Of a stretch of 64,000 nucleotides of DNA, positions 1-13,340 are shown one piece after another (positions within the stretch are counted from its first letter, which is position 1; every line of letters begins with the position of its first letter). The notes below the pieces were generated by a model, which was given only the letters and a program-made list of their open reading frames with translations, searched no databases and was not told the origin of the DNA. The stretch lies in NCBI GenBank assembly GCA_013239625.1, contig MU054323.1, positions 5,817,220 to 5,881,219 of the forward strand, written 5' to 3'. A program made the translations under genes and the position numbers. Source of the stretch: Lama guanicoe (taxonomy: Eukaryota).

Positions 1-113
1 TCTCAGGTTTTAAGAAAACAAGAAACTGAAGCTCCGTGTGTCCACACTCAGGCACAAATGGGAAGGAAGAAGCCCAGCCAGTTGTGACCACCCACATACC
101 CACCCCGCCACAA

Positions 114-164
114 ACACACACACACACACACACATCATCATCATCATCACCATCATCATTATCA
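114..164. repeat. Compound microsatellite (CA)n followed by (CAT)n
   Basis: acacacac...cacatcatcatcatcatcaccatcatcattatc read directly. Confidence 0.95.
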
Positions 165-3100
165 CTCCACTGATAGAAGAGCTTTGTTTTATCCAATAAA
201 AATCTACAGAAAAATTCCCAAGTTTTATTTTTCTAAAAATCAGCCTTCACTAAAAAATTTATTCTGGGTCCATTGAGAAAAGCTGGTACATTTCTGTATT
301 TCTGAGACACAATCACGTTGTTTTCATGATTTACAGGAAAAGCTGGGTGAAAATAAAAGGCTTCTCAAGAATCCCATTCCAGAGGCAAAGACAACTCCAA
401 CTTGTGCTGTTTATGAATGGGGTGACTCAGCCTCTTCTCTCAGCCACAGGGCCCCAGCCATCGGGGGAGTGTGGGCGGCAGACACAGTCGAAGTTAGGGG
501 AGGAGGAATTAGCAAGATTTTTGTTCGGATGTAGCTTTGTCCCAATCATTTCTGAATGTTAAGGGTAATTCAGATATAAAAAAACTGGAGTCAGGAGGAA
601 AAGACAGATGTCATCCATCACCCAGTCATCAGTTACTGATCATGGCGATGGACCAAGACCCAAGGTAGATGACACCAGAACAAAAGAGAGGAAAACCCAA
701 TCCTAGTCCCAGAAAAAACAAAGGGCACGTGCCAAGTTCACAGCAAAGCCGGTCTGCGTGCACTTAAGGCCAAATAACTCAGGACTCGAAGTTGTGGGAG
801 CCTGTGGGAAGACAGGGCTATGCCAAGGCTGTTTGGGGAGCACAAAGCAGAGGAGACCATGAGCTGGGAGGGTCCTGGAGGACTCAGAGAGAGGGCAGAG
901 GGTGCACCACCAGCAGGGGGAGGGCCCGAGCACAAGTCCAAAGCTGGAAGGTAGGATGTGTCTGGGGGCAGCAGGGAGGCCAGTGTAGGTAGGAAACAGA
1001 GGGGAAGGGCAGGAACCCAACAGCAGAGCCATGAGGTGAGCCCCCGGAGGAAGAGCCAGCTGGAGTAAGGTGGGCTCTCTGTCCTCAGGTGGGATCTCAC
1101 CTGACTTGAGATTTGTATGCACCTCTGACCACTCTGTGATCCCACCAGAAGCCTCACAGCAAGTCCAACCAAACTCTGTCCTGATTCCACATTCACTGCA
1201 AACACACGGACAAGCCAGCTTAATACTGTAACGCAATTTATCAGAACATGCGCCTTGGCCAAGCTTTGAACCATATAGATATTTGGGGGAAAAGAGAAAG
1301 AAGGTCAACAAAGTGCACAGTTCTATCCCAAAATAAAGTACAAGCCCCCTCTCCTCACTCCAGTTCCGCAGGACAACGGGTCCTCATAAAGCCGTGGGAT
1401 TTACTGCCTGCTATTCATCTTTATTTTCAAAGATCATAAGGGGTGCATAAATTGCAGGGTGCAGACCACCTCTGGCTCTATCTGTTTAGTGAAAGGTTTG
1501 TCTCCAAATTAACAAAAACGTGTTATTTTATTTAAAAGCATATCTGAAGGGTGAACTTTCAGGATTCCTGGTTTGAGTGCACATAAAGAGAGACTCAGAA
1601 ATTAAGATAGTGCACGTGGAATTTTATCCACTTGCCTAAATTCTATTTGGAGTACTTACCAGCCCAATTTTGGGCAAATAATTCTCTTTTAAGTAGGCTG
1701 GGTCCAGAAGGAAAGCTGAGGGTGACAAAGTGCCTGTGGGTCACTCTGAGGCCACATGAAAAGGGGAGTGGACCAGGCCGGGCAGGGCTGGGCTGTAGGA
1801 ACCTGATCCAAAGAGGGTGACTGATTCACGGGGTCCAAGGGGCTCGTCAATCCCTGGTGACGTTGATGTTATAAAGTGCCACGGTTTTTTGGAAATGACT
1901 CCCAATGTAATTTCATGGGTCCAGGTTTTTTTCTTTTCCTTGCATCCTTTCTGCCAGGCTAGATGATAAAGCTTGTTGCCCAGTGAAAGTGGAAGAAGGC
2001 TTCAAAGAAGGTCATAGAAGCAAGGTGTGACACAAAGATGCCCCAACCACCAGAAAAATGAAGTAGAACATCCTTCGTGGCTAGTGGTGGAGCCCACGGA
2101 GAGAAAAGTATGTTGAAAAGGTCAGACGTGCATTAATGGCTCTCTCTAGTGGTTGAAATCTCTGGGGGTAAAAGAGAAACTGGTAGGGTCGCCAGACAAG
2201 TTTGCAGGGAAACCCCAGCACACGGCAGCTTACTCCTGACCTCCCAGGGCATATCTCAGGAAAATCAGAGTGTCTGCAGAAAACCCATCCCTTGGGCAAG
2301 CGGTCCACCACCACACAGGGTGGTACGTTGAAGTGGCTGAATGTCTAGCTGGCCCAGGATGGCACTCCCTCCTCATCTCCTGTTGTCCTGGGACTGCTGC
2401 ATCAGGACCAGGGTCAACGGTCAAGAACACAGACTACGAGCTCCCGACCCCCGACCCCGCCCCCAGCAGTGGACACTGCAGGGGTGGAGCTGGTGAGGCC
2501 AGAGGCTGCCCCAGGACAAGTGGGCAAGCAGGTCAGCCAGGGGCCCCTGCATGGACCAGGCCAGCCCATCCAAACCAGGAGACAAGAACTTGTCCTGAAC
2601 CCAGGCATCCTCCCTGGAAAGCGGGAGGAGGAGTAAGAGGAGCAGAGCCCACTTGAGGGGCTTCACAAACCTGAAGGACAAGACGCATTTTAATTGATTT
2701 ACTTACTGGAGCAGCAAGAGGGGCACTCCTTAAACTAAAAGAAATAACGCTACCTTCATTGTCAAGGCTAGGGACTGTTTTTAGTGGTGGTGGTGGTGGT
2801 GGTATTTGTGGGTTTTATTATTCTTGGTGTCTCTCCTGCTAGCAGCAAGAAAGCAAGATGAATTCCCCATTTCTGGAAAAAAAATTTTAATGCTCATTTT
2901 CCTGAACATACTGATACTTGCCAGTTACATTTCAGCCCCTCCACCCCTGTCAGGGTCTAAAGGGCCTGTCGTGAATGGGCACATGTGGCAGCAGGAATCT
3001 CAGGACTGTGGCACTTGGCAAAGTCCATCAGGGCAGCACCTTTGTCCCAGTGGGGTCCTAGCTGTGTTAAAGGACGACTCTACCCACAGCTCCAGGCACA

Positions 3101-3452
3101 AGGACAGAGCCCAGCCCTTCTCAGAGTGGCCTGAAAGGGCCAGGGAGGATGTCCAGCACTAGCCAAGCACTCGGCTCGAGGAGAAATGAAGTTCCAGGCA
3201 GGACAACCGGACCCACTCCAGACTCTGGTCTGGACAGACTTGCTAAGGTTTTCCTGGGAAAACAGCAACTCAGAGGGCCGTCCTAGATGGCACAGCCACA
3301 GCAAGAATAACTTCAGCACCGGCTCAGCCACTGCGACCACACCCACCCACCTGCCCGGGCTGGACTCCGAGGGAAACAAAGGCTGCTAATTCCCCAAAGA
3401 CGCCAGCCCTGAGCGCTCTCCCACTTCCCCACTCTCCCACAGACACGCTGAG

Positions 3453-3525
3453 ACGAGATAATGGATTCAAAAGCACGTTGTCAACTGCAAAGTGCTGTAC
3501 AAAAGCTGGCATAATTATTAATATT
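3453..3525 (+). mobile_element. MIR-family SINE 3' tail fragment
   Basis: gagataatggattcaaaagcacgttgtcaactgcaaagtgctgtacaaa...aattatta resembles the recalled MIR/MIR3 3' end. Confidence 0.55.
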
Positions 3526-4089
3526 AGCGGTGGGTTTTTTTTTTTCCAAGAGAGAGAGATGCCAGCATTTGTGCGTTGATGAATCATAAAACGGCTTCCT
3601 GCCTGAGCCTCGTTCCCTTCTCTCCCTCCAGCCTGTGACTTCCCCAGTCCTACCAAATGAGTCCTTTTGAGGGAGATGTTGTTCGTTAGAGTGGACAAGG
3701 AGTTTGGGGCTGTCTCAGTGCCAAGGCCACGGGAAGCCTTTGTCAGTACCGGCCTGCACCGAACAGACTGGAAGAACTGCCACCCTTGGGCTGACATGAA
3801 AAAGCCTGGGTGAGCACTGTGACCAGAGCAAGTACTTAATGAGACTGTATCTCATCATCTGCATGTAAACCTCATCCTGTAAACCTCATCCCTGGAGGCA
3901 GTCCAGTTTTCCAGAGGGCAAGGCCTGTTTCTTCTGCATCTTTCAAACCTGCTGGTGTCCATCCTGCGATTCCAGACTTGTTGGGTGAAGCAGGGCTTGG
4001 CTGATACCTAGTGGTTGCTCAGCTGATGATACACTCATCAAAATCCACAAACTGATGCCTGAGCCCAAGGCCCAGATCCTGTGGGGGAG

Positions 4090-4235
4090 ATACTAGACTA
4101 AGGGGCAGGAGGCCTGAGTTTTGGTTCATAGTGGCCACAAGTTTCATGTGTGACTTTGGAAAAGTCCCCTCCTTTCTTCAGACTTCAGATTCTTCATCTG
4201 TAAACTTACAAAGGTGGATTCTAAAATTTTTCAGT
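4090..4235 (+). mobile_element. MIR/MIR3 fragment
   Basis: core-like tgtgtgactttggaaaagtc...cttcagattcttcatctgtaaa. Confidence 0.65.
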
Positions 4236-4817
4236 GTGTGAACCCACATCTTTTGACTCCATTTCTGCCCCAGCTCTCCTGGGCAGTGCAAACAAAACAA
4301 AACCAGACAAAACAATCTTCCAACAATTTAGCGAAAAGAGCATCCCTATTCTTAATGAGATTCCAATGAGGTTAAGACTGGTTTTTATTAGATTTTGCAA
4401 TTATTTAATGCTATTAGAACGCTGTTATGTAGGATGATTAAAAATTGTGATTAAAATGTAAATAAATGATTCACTTAAATCTGAATCTAAGGAGATGAGA
4501 GAACCACAAGGAGGACCCAGACTGTGGTCTAGCAGGGGAGACAAGAGGGCAGCAAGAAAATGGGTCCAGAGCTGCAGGGACCCACTGCAAGACTGACCAC
4601 ACGCAGCCTTGAGGATAAGAACGAAGAACAAGCAACAAATCCAGGTCTTTGAACCCTCTGCAGCCAGTGCCTGTGTCCCTCCAACCTGTGTGGAATCTTA
4701 ATTTTCAAAAACTTGCAACACGATTAAATCTGAAATCATATTCAGCATAGCTTAACTTTGAATCTTTGATGATTTGAAATGTCCTGCATCAAATTTAAAT
4801 TATTGTGGCACATGCAG

Positions 4818-4821
<4 letters not shown>

Positions 4822-4853
<32 letters not shown>
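4822..4853. repeat. (AC)16 microsatellite
   Basis: direct reading. Confidence 0.95.
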
Positions 4854-4855
<2 letters not shown>

Positions 4856-5664
4856 ACTCCTCCCTCCCCACTCTGGGAACCATTCAGTCTTAATGATGAG
4901 GAAAAATAAAAGGACTGGAATTAACCCAGACTACCATGAGAAGCCACAGCTCAATGTCTGGAGCATGGCAGATCCTCCATTCAATAAACATTAGTGATGA
5001 TGTGATGACAACGAATATGAAGATGATGGTGATGCTGATGGCCACGACCACAACAATGACAAGAAAAGTCCAGGGAGACCAGGCCAGACTAGATGTCAGT
5101 GAGTCCTTCCCAGGGGGACTGACATCTTGGCCAAACAGAGGAGAGAGAAAGGCTCTTGCTCCCACTTGCACGCAGACCGGTGTGGCTATAGATTGGCTCC
5201 CAGCAGAAATCGCCATGGGCGTAATTCCAACCTTGTGACTGGGTGCTCCTCCCAGCACTGTCTAGACTTCACCCCTTCTTGTCACATCTCCAGCCTCACC
5301 TCGCCTGTCTGACCTGACACTCAGCAGTGTTGAATGTGTGCTCCCCAGAAGCTGCTTTTAAAAATAAACCTTTGATGTGAGTTTGTTTCCTGGACCTCTG
5401 TCTCTAGCAACTCATTTAATCATGATCAATCCTATGAAGTTAGCAGCATCAGTATCCTCCCTGGACATGTAAAGTGGTTGCAAATCGAGTAACTAAGTGC
5501 TTTTTTAAAGAAGGGGAAACTAAAGCATAAGGAGGCAAAGTCCTTTGCCTGTGTTTGTACAGCCTGCAGTAAGTCACAGGGCTGAGGCCTGAGCCCAATT
5601 CTGTCCATGTCCTAATCTCTATGTCTCATTCTCAACACACTTGATTCTAAGAATTTGAGGCTGT

Positions 5665-5800
5665 CTTGCCCACAAAGCTGTGAGTGCTACAAGACCAGGG
5701 ACGTTGCCTGTTTTGTTCACTGCTGTGTCCCTGAGCACAGTCCTTGGCCAGGATGTTGAGTAATCACTAAATATTTTATTGAAGGAATGAATGAATGAGT
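5665..5800 (+). mobile_element. L2 LINE 3' end
   Basis: tgttttgttcactgctgtgtccc...aaatattttattgaaggaatgaatgaatga; characteristic (TGAA)n L2 tail. Confidence 0.8.
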
Positions 5801-5899
5801 TCTGTCTACCTTAGGAGGTGATAAAGGAAATGAGGATGAATGTGCTTCAGTGGTGCTTAGATTAGATACTCATGAAAGAAAACAATGCTTGAAGTACAG

Positions 5900-6420
5900 T
5901 TTTTAGCAACTCAGCTGGTTGGAATCTAAACAAGAAAGCAGCAAGTCCTCCGAGTATTCATATACAGGGGATTTAATGATGCTTATTGGTTTTCCACGTG
6001 AGAAAAAAGGCTGGGAAGATGACAGGGGATGGTGAGGTACCCTAGAGATGAGCACAGCAGGAAACTATGACCAACCTTCAGCTGAAGGGACAAAGAAAAG
6101 CCACAGAGTTACCTGAGCAGGGAGCTGGGGTTACCCAGGAGAGGCTGAAAACCGCAGGGAGCGCATCCATGAGGAGCTAAGACCATGGATTGTACAGATT
6201 CTGCCAAGGACTCAGTCAACCCAAGGCAAAGAGAAAAGGACAGAAATAAGCTGGCTTCTCCCTTCTTCTTGCCCTCGGTTTCCCTCCAGTGCTTCTCACT
6301 GGCCAAATCCAACTAGGAGCCTGCTGACCAGGAGCATGGAAGAGCAGGCAGCACATGTCTGTACCAGCCGTGGTCCAGAGCTGAGCAGGGGAAGAGAGGG
6401 AACAGGCTCAGATGGAGCTC
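5900..6420. mobile_element. Possible ancient LTR fragment (family uncertain)
   Basis: purine-rich LTR-like text (ggggatttaatg...gctgaagggacaaag...) reminiscent of old ERVL/Gypsy-type LTRs; weak. Confidence 0.35.
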
Positions 6421-6879
6421 AGGGACTAATTCTAAAGCAAAGATTTTAAATTTATAACTGGGCAAAGGAGGGGTCAATCTTTCTCAGACATTTTTTACAA
6501 GACAGCATATTCAGAATGAACAGGAAGGGGACATTTTGGACACGTTTGAGAGGCAACCACCTGTAGATTTGAAATTCCTGGCCAAGATGGTTGAATGATG
6601 CAGGTTTGGGGGACTAGGGGCAGCATGAGATGTTTTCTCTCCTGTCATTCACACAGGGTGCGGTTCCTTGGGAGGCCCACTGCCCAGGGTGCCTGCCCGT
6701 CAGGAACATAGACCCAGCCTGGGCCATTCAGTCCCTATGCCCCAGAGAGGACTGGCCCACAGCCACGAGACTGGCTGACTTAGGGGAGTGAGTTCTGCAG
6801 TCTGAGTGAGGACTCATTGCTCAGAGTAGTCTAAGTATCTGATTGCTCCACCAAGGATTCCCCACATCAAAGCATAGAA

Positions 6880-7050
6880 GACAGATTGAGCATCAGAGCT
6901 GGGAGGACCCTGGGCACTTGCCTGGTCCTATCCCACTTCCCACCTAAAACTCATATTCCAAATGAGGAAACTAAGGGCCAGGGGTTGAAAGAGGGCTTAA
7001 CCACAGTCATATTACAGTGTAATAGCGGAGTCAGAATATCAGCTCAGGTC
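6880..7050 (-). mobile_element. MIR fragment
   Basis: ccaaatgaggaaactaagggccagggg = reverse MIR core. Confidence 0.65.
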
Positions 7051-7082
7051 AGGGTTCCCAGAGGGGCAGAAAGAGGCATGAT

Positions 7083-7133
7083 ATGTGTGTGTGTGTATGT
7101 GTGTGTGTGTGTGTGTGTGTGTACACGTGTGTG
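7083..7133. repeat. (TG)n microsatellite, interrupted
   Basis: direct reading. Confidence 0.95.
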
Positions 7134-7467
7134 AGGTCTGAAATGGAATGCCTCACAATTTAAAGTGAAAGATGGTAAACTTTATTTCATAGAGAATCAG
7201 TGTGTGTTATGCTAAACTGAGCGATCTGATTGAGAATGATCATGCTTGGCACTTTAATCTCAATTTCAAAATACTTACAAAATATTTAATATTTAGAAAT
7301 TATATTAAACAGAGCTTAATAATATATTATCAATAATGTTGAAGATGCCGAAAGATCTTGCCAGCCCTCAGTTGGAGATGCCTCAAAAAAATGCAGGAGA
7401 CAGAGCTAAATATGTGCAATGGCCTCAGGACATGTCCTGGAAACCACTTTTAAAAATAAATATCTGG

Positions 7468-10400
7468 AGACATTGGCTTCTGCCTTTGACAGAGTGGCTT
7501 GTATCAGGTTAACCATCCTGCTGAGAGCAACTATAAAAGCTAAATATATTGCAGAAAACAGCTGTTTGGAGTCATAGGAGAGGAACAAAAGCAGCCAGGA
7601 CTTTAGGGGCCAAGATTCTGGAGAAAAGGGAAATGCAGTGAGTAAACCCTAAAGGTCCCTCATGTTTTCCCTTCAGGGCATTTATCAGTTCTCAAAGGAC
7701 ATCACTGAGACAGAGAAGGAATATCTGTCTAGAACCACAGCAGCCTTGCTGGTCTGAGAAGACAAAAATTGGAATTCAAAGCTACCAAGAAAGCCAGAAC
7801 ATAGGGAACACTGATCCTGGAGAAAGGGCCCGAACAGAAATGAGCCAGGATCCTGAATATGAATTCCTCTCAAGGAACTTTCTCATTCCTTAGCTTTCCA
7901 TGTGATAGGCAGGAGTCCAAGAAACTAAGCTATAAACAGCTTCTAAAAGCCTGGGAAACCGTGAGAGTTTGAGCAGTCTCAAAGTGTTAGAAAGAAAAAA
8001 ATATTGAAGTTCAGGGCCCATCAAGGAGGGCAAATTTTGGCAAATAACCTAGATTTTCATTGAGACAGCTGAAGGATTACACACGAAGGGAAATGACAAG
8101 CCAGACAGACACCAGCCCTCACAAAGCCTAAAATTCAGCCTTAAAATATCTGTTTCTGACAGGACGAAGGTGATTTGCCCATTCTTTAACTGCCTCCTAG
8201 AGAAAAAAATAAAATCCTCTCTAAACGAAGGTAACATTATGCAGAGCCTTGACAGTTTTTCATTCACAATATTCAATATTTAGCAAAAAAATTACCCAGC
8301 ATTCTAGGAGACAGGGAATAAAACCAAGTTATAAAAAAGCCAAAGACCTTAGAAAGATACATTCAGGGGACCCAGATACTGCAATTATCAAAGAATTTAT
8401 CAACCTAGGATTAATTATGTTCAAACAAATACGTGAAAAGATAGAAAAAAAGATACAAATTCCAGAACTGAAAAATATGGTAACAAAAATTCAAGATTCA
8501 ATAAATAGGGTATAGATAGGTTTAAGAGCAGATTAGACACAGCAGAAAAGAGAATTAGTAAATTGGAAAATAAGTCCACAGAAAAATAGAAAAATAACCA
8601 AACCGAAGCATGGAAAAAAAAGATTAAACACATGCACACATACATACACAAAAAGAAACAGAACAGAGAGAAAAATAAAGGGAAAAAAAAGGGAGAGAGA
8701 GTGAAAAATAACTACTGTGGAATTTGACACATAAAAACAAAGAAAACTATACAAAGGCACATCATAGTAAACCTTGAAAAAACAAAAGACAAAAAGAAAA
8801 ATCTTAAAATTGCCAGAAGAGGAATAAAGGATACATTAGGAGCAATAATAAGAACAAACAACACTTAGCACAAACAACAGAAGCCAGAAGACAATATAAT
8901 GACAAAGCTAAAATGCAGAGAGAGGGAAAAGACCTGCTAATCCAGACTCCTATATCCAGTAGAAATACTCTAAAAAATTAAGATGAAAATGTCAGGCAAA
9001 TAAAAATTAAGAAAATGTATTGTCAATAGACATACACTCTAAAAGAAACACTAAAGGAAGTTATTCAGACAAAATGATTCCAGTTGGCTGAATAGTAATG
9101 CAGAATGCAATGGGGAGCACCAGAAATGGTCTATTTAAGAGTAAACCAAAATGAGTAGTGACTATTTAAAACAGTGAAAATAATAATGTATTGTGGGGTT
9201 TCAAATATATGGAGAAGTAAAATACACGATCAAAATAGCACAAAAAGAAGAAAGTTTTGTAAATGGAATTAAAGTGTTGCAAGGTCCACGTATTGTCCAG
9301 GAAGTAGTAAAATTATTAACTGAAAAGTAGATTCTGTGAAGGTACCTGGTAAACCTCTAGCAGAGTTTGGCAAACTATCATCCATGTCCAATCCGTCCCA
9401 CAGCCTATTTTGCACAGCTTAGGAGCTAAGAATTATTTTGCATTTTTAAAACATCGTTGAAGAAGGAAAAGGAAAAGGAGGACAAGGGAGAGGAACAGGG
9501 CGGGTGGGAGGAGGTGGGTGAAGGGGAAGGAGTCAGAGAATGTATGTGGCCCTCAACACCTAAAATATGTACTGTCTGTCTCTTTACAGAAAAAGAACTC
9601 CAACTCCTGCCCTAGGGTAACACTAAACAGATAATAGAAGAGTTTATAACAAAATCCAATAAAGGGAGGAAATAGAATAACAAAAATCTCTTTATTAAAA
9701 TGAAGAAGAAGAAGAAAAGAGAACAAAAAGCAGGTGGACCAAATATAAAACAAATAATAAGATGATAGAATTCAAACCAAAAAATCAGGAATTTGTTAAA
9801 TGTAGGTAGACTTCATAATCCAATCAAAATTAAAAGGTTATCAGACTGGAAATACAATAGAAAACACCAAGACTCAACTCTGTGTTGCTTACAACAGAGA
9901 GACACACTAAGGGTATAAAACATAAAAGGGTATAAAACAATATGCCCTGAAAATACTAACCAAATAAAAGGGGCGGCTGTTTAGCCACACTGATACCAAG
10001 CAAAGCAAGACTTTAAGGCAAGAAGTATTCTCAGAGATAAAGTGGAGCATTTCATAATGGAAAAAATTCAATTCAGCAGGAATATTATTTAAAAATCTGA
10101 AACTTGTATGCACCTAAAAACAAAACCTAAAACATGCTAAGCAAAAACTGACAGAACCAAAAGGAAAAACAAATAAATCCAGTATTACCGTTGAAGATTT
10201 CAAATACATCTTTCAGCCACTAACAGAGCAATCAGACAATAAATCAGTAAAGATAAAGAAGACTTAAACAACAGGATAAACAAACTTGACCCTGTCGGCA
10301 TATATAGAACCCTGAACTCAGTAACAGCAGAATTACATTCTTTTCAAGTGTGCACGGGACATTTAACAATATAAACCATAGTCTAGTCACAAGGCAGATT

Positions 10401-11600
10401 TCAAAAAATCGCAAAAGGCTGAAATTCAACAGAGTATATCCTCTTACCAGAATGGAAAAATCCTAGAAATCAATATGAAGCACTTTTAAAATCCTCAAGT
10501 GTTTGAAAATTACTAAATAACACTTCTAAATAACCAGTGATTCAAAAAACAAATCAGAACTTAGAAATTTGCATGGAAATTAGGAAATATTCTCAACTGA
10601 ATAATAATGGAAAACGAACATGTTAAAAACTTGTAGCACAGAGCTTAAATTAAGTTTAAAAGAAAAATATATACCCTTACTTAAATGTATATTTTAGAAA
10701 AAAAGAATAACAGAAAATCAGTGACTTCAAGGAGTTAGAAAAGAACATCAAATTCAAGGCAAATAAACTAGAAGGAAATAAATAATAAAAATAGGAGAAA
10801 AATGAAATAAAAAACTGTAACACAGAGAAATATCAACCAAGCCAAAAACTGGTCCTTTGAAAAGACTAATTAAAATCCCTACAAAGACTGCTCAAGAAAA
10901 AGGAAGGAACAAACTAATATTAATGATTTTTTTAAGTGCCAGCATTAGAATTCTTACAAACATCAAAGGGGCAATGAGAAGATGTTATAACAATAAATCC
11001 GACAATTTAGGTGAAATAGACAAATTCTTTTTTAAAAACCATGACCTGAAAACACTGACACAAGAAGAATTAGAAAGTCTTAATTATCCTATCTACTAAA
11101 GCTGAACATGGTGTTCCCATGATTCGGCAATTCTACTCCAACAAAAATGCTTACCTCGGTGCATAGAAATATGTGTAAGGAATGTTCATAAAGACACGAT
11201 TTCTAACAGATAAAAACTAGAAGTTACCCAAATGTCCATCAACAGTAGGAAAGCTAACCTTATCACAGTACAGTCATACATGGCACATGATACACAGCAA
11301 TGTAAAAGCTGAACTCCTGCTATATACAGGCAACAACATGGATGAATTTCACACACTAATGTTGAGTGAAAAAAGATACAAAAAAGTACACACTATGCAA
11401 TTCCATTTACATGGCATCAAAGACAGATGTTGATTACTTGATGGAGGTAATGACTGGGAAGAGGGTAGAGGAGGCCTCGGGAGTGTGAGCAATGTTCTCT
11501 ATCTTTGCCAGAGCATGCTCACTGTGTGAAAATTTATATTTTCTTGAGATCTTTCACTGAATGTTTGATAACTTAACGTTCGTAACTTACAAGTAAATAC
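7468..11600 (+). mobile_element. Old L1 (L1M/L1ME-type): 5' region, decayed ORF1, ORF2 endonuclease remnants, internal deletion, 3' end
   Basis: A-rich + strand. ORF1-like coiled-coil remnants at ~8250-9100. EN-domain remnants: ttaaatgtaggtagactt...ccaatcaaa ~LNVNGLNSPIK and tgttgcttacaacagaga ~CCLQETH. ORF 10857-11099 contains KTLTQEELESLNYPI ~L1 LNQEEIENLNRPI. ORF2 C-terminal/3'UTR motifs (cccaaatgtccatcaacag, atggatgaatttc) follow 11100. Confidence 0.9.
9361..9609 (+). mobile_element. MER58-like hAT-Charlie MITE inserted in the L1
   Basis: cagagtttggcaaacta...gagctaagaattatttt...cctaaaatatgtactgtctgtctctttacagaaaaag...actcctg; CTAG-containing flanks on both sides, as typical for hAT targets. 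Confidence 0.8.
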
Positions 11601-12597
11601 TAAATATGCCTGTGATGCAAGTTCATTCCTGGGCATCTGTCTCTTTCTCACAAACAGTAGACGGCAACACAGAGTTTAACCCTTTTATACTCTCACAAAT
11701 AAAACTGGAGAGCATTTTCAGAGCTTCCAACCTAGGATCATGCTCTTCCTATACCTTTTTTGGAAGAATGATTCCCCTTCTGCTTGGGAATAAATAATTC
11801 TGTATATTTGATGGATCTACAGCAGAAGGAGGGTAGAATATGAGATGAGAAGGAAGGAGCTTGGACCCCATATAAGCCCCATCAGAGCAATAAGCCTCGC
11901 AAGCAATGGTCTATCTAACAAACAGAGCAGCCAGCAAGAGATTCTGAACTTTCTGGCTCTTGAGTGTTCTCCAATGGGTATTTACAATGGAAACCATTCA
12001 AGCATCCATTATTTAGTGTACTCTTCACCCCTGAAGGGCTGAATGACTGAATGGTGCCTTTCAGGCCAAAGAATGGCCACTTTTGCAAAGGGATGGGATG
12101 GGATTCACTAGACAAGTCCTTCCACAAATCAGGGAGTTCTGGAGAAGAAAGACAATCTGACCGGAAACAAATGAGAAAGGTAAAAAGGTAAAGCTGTTTT
12201 TGCCATGGTAACTAAGGTTTGCCCATACCTAGATTTATTTCGTTGACTGAAGTGGTCTTGTGGGTATAAGTGATTTTTGAAGAGCAAATTAAAAAGACTT
12301 TTTATGAGTCCCAGTAGACAACAACATAGTACTCGCTAATGGCAGTTGCCATCTCTAAAATAATTACTTTTATAATAATTTGTTTATTAACAAAGTAATC
12401 TGCAAAATGTATAATAGTTTCTTAAGATTTAAAGCACAGGGGTTCTTCCTTCCACTTCATTTTGCTTTTTTTTTGCAGTAAGTATACTGTGAAGTGACTC
12501 AAAATTTGCTGACAGTTTTACATATAATAATTTCAGAAATGCATGTTCAAGTTGGTTGAATAAACCCATATTTCTTGTATTGTGCCCTTAAATTATT

Positions 12598-12737
12598 CCC
12601 TCTGGTGAGGGAAAGATTCTAAAATTGGCTGTGGTGATGCTTGCACATCTCCGTAAATTTACTAAAACTGCACACTTAAAATGGGTAAATGTTTTGGTCT
12701 GTAAGTTATAACTTAATAAAACTGTTTTGAAAAAAAA
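12598..12737 (+). mobile_element. L1 3' terminal fragment (L1MB/MC-type)
   Basis: tgcacacttaaaatgggtaaat...aataaaactgttttgaaaaaaaa poly-A end. Confidence 0.8.
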
Positions 12738-13164
12738 GGGGAAAACGAAAATCAATTGAACATTTAATAAACGAGTTCCTTTGTTCCCCCCATCTTGTCG
12801 CAGGAATGCTGAGTGTTGAGAAGGGAGCATTCCAGGGAAAGATAGCAACTACACAAAAGCTAGAAGCAAGCATGGAGAAAAGAAGATTCAAGAGTCCTAG
12901 TGGACCACAAACTGAATGAACCAAACTGAACGAACACAAGTTAGCAGTGGAATGTTATTTTTAAGAAATCAAGTCCCCTTTGGGGAAATGTTCTAAAAGT
13001 AACACCTCTCATGCCTTAACACCAGAGTTCTGGAAGGAAAACAGACCCTTGGTACTCCCAAACCCAGCACTTCCTCACTTGCTACTCTTGCTACTTCCTT
13101 TTATCTTCATTAATTACCATTTTGTTTAGTCCTTATGTTGTCTAGTAAAGCTTAGTATCCACAG

Positions 13165-13340
13165 ACATGTGGACTTTAACCTCTCTAAGGGCAGGAATTG
13201 TGTCGTATTACTCCTTGTACCCAGGGTCAGTGAAAACCTCCAGCCAGTGCCTAGCACAAACTAGGTTCTCAGTAAGGGCAGTTTCTGTCTTTTGTAGCTG
13301 AGTACCTGGCATGAACAAGGTGCTCAAAAATGTTAGTCTC
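13165..13340 (+). mobile_element. L2 3' fragments
   Basis: aagggcaggaattgtgtc...cagtgcctagcacaaactaggttctcagtaa. Confidence 0.6.

Noticed and set aside
905..925. CTCF-like motif ccagcagggggag
   Set aside because: Mismatch at a high-information core position; not supportable without ChIP data.
703..1311. 202-aa and 178-aa minus-strand ORFs
   Set aside because: No recognisable protein similarity, non-ATG or weak starts, overlapping frames; consistent with chance.
3312..3332. REST/RE1-like site (ttcagcacc...)
   Set aside because: Left half matches, but the GGACAG right half is absent.
10857..11099. 80-aa ORF with L1 ORF2 similarity
   Set aside because: Fragment of a decayed L1, not a host gene.
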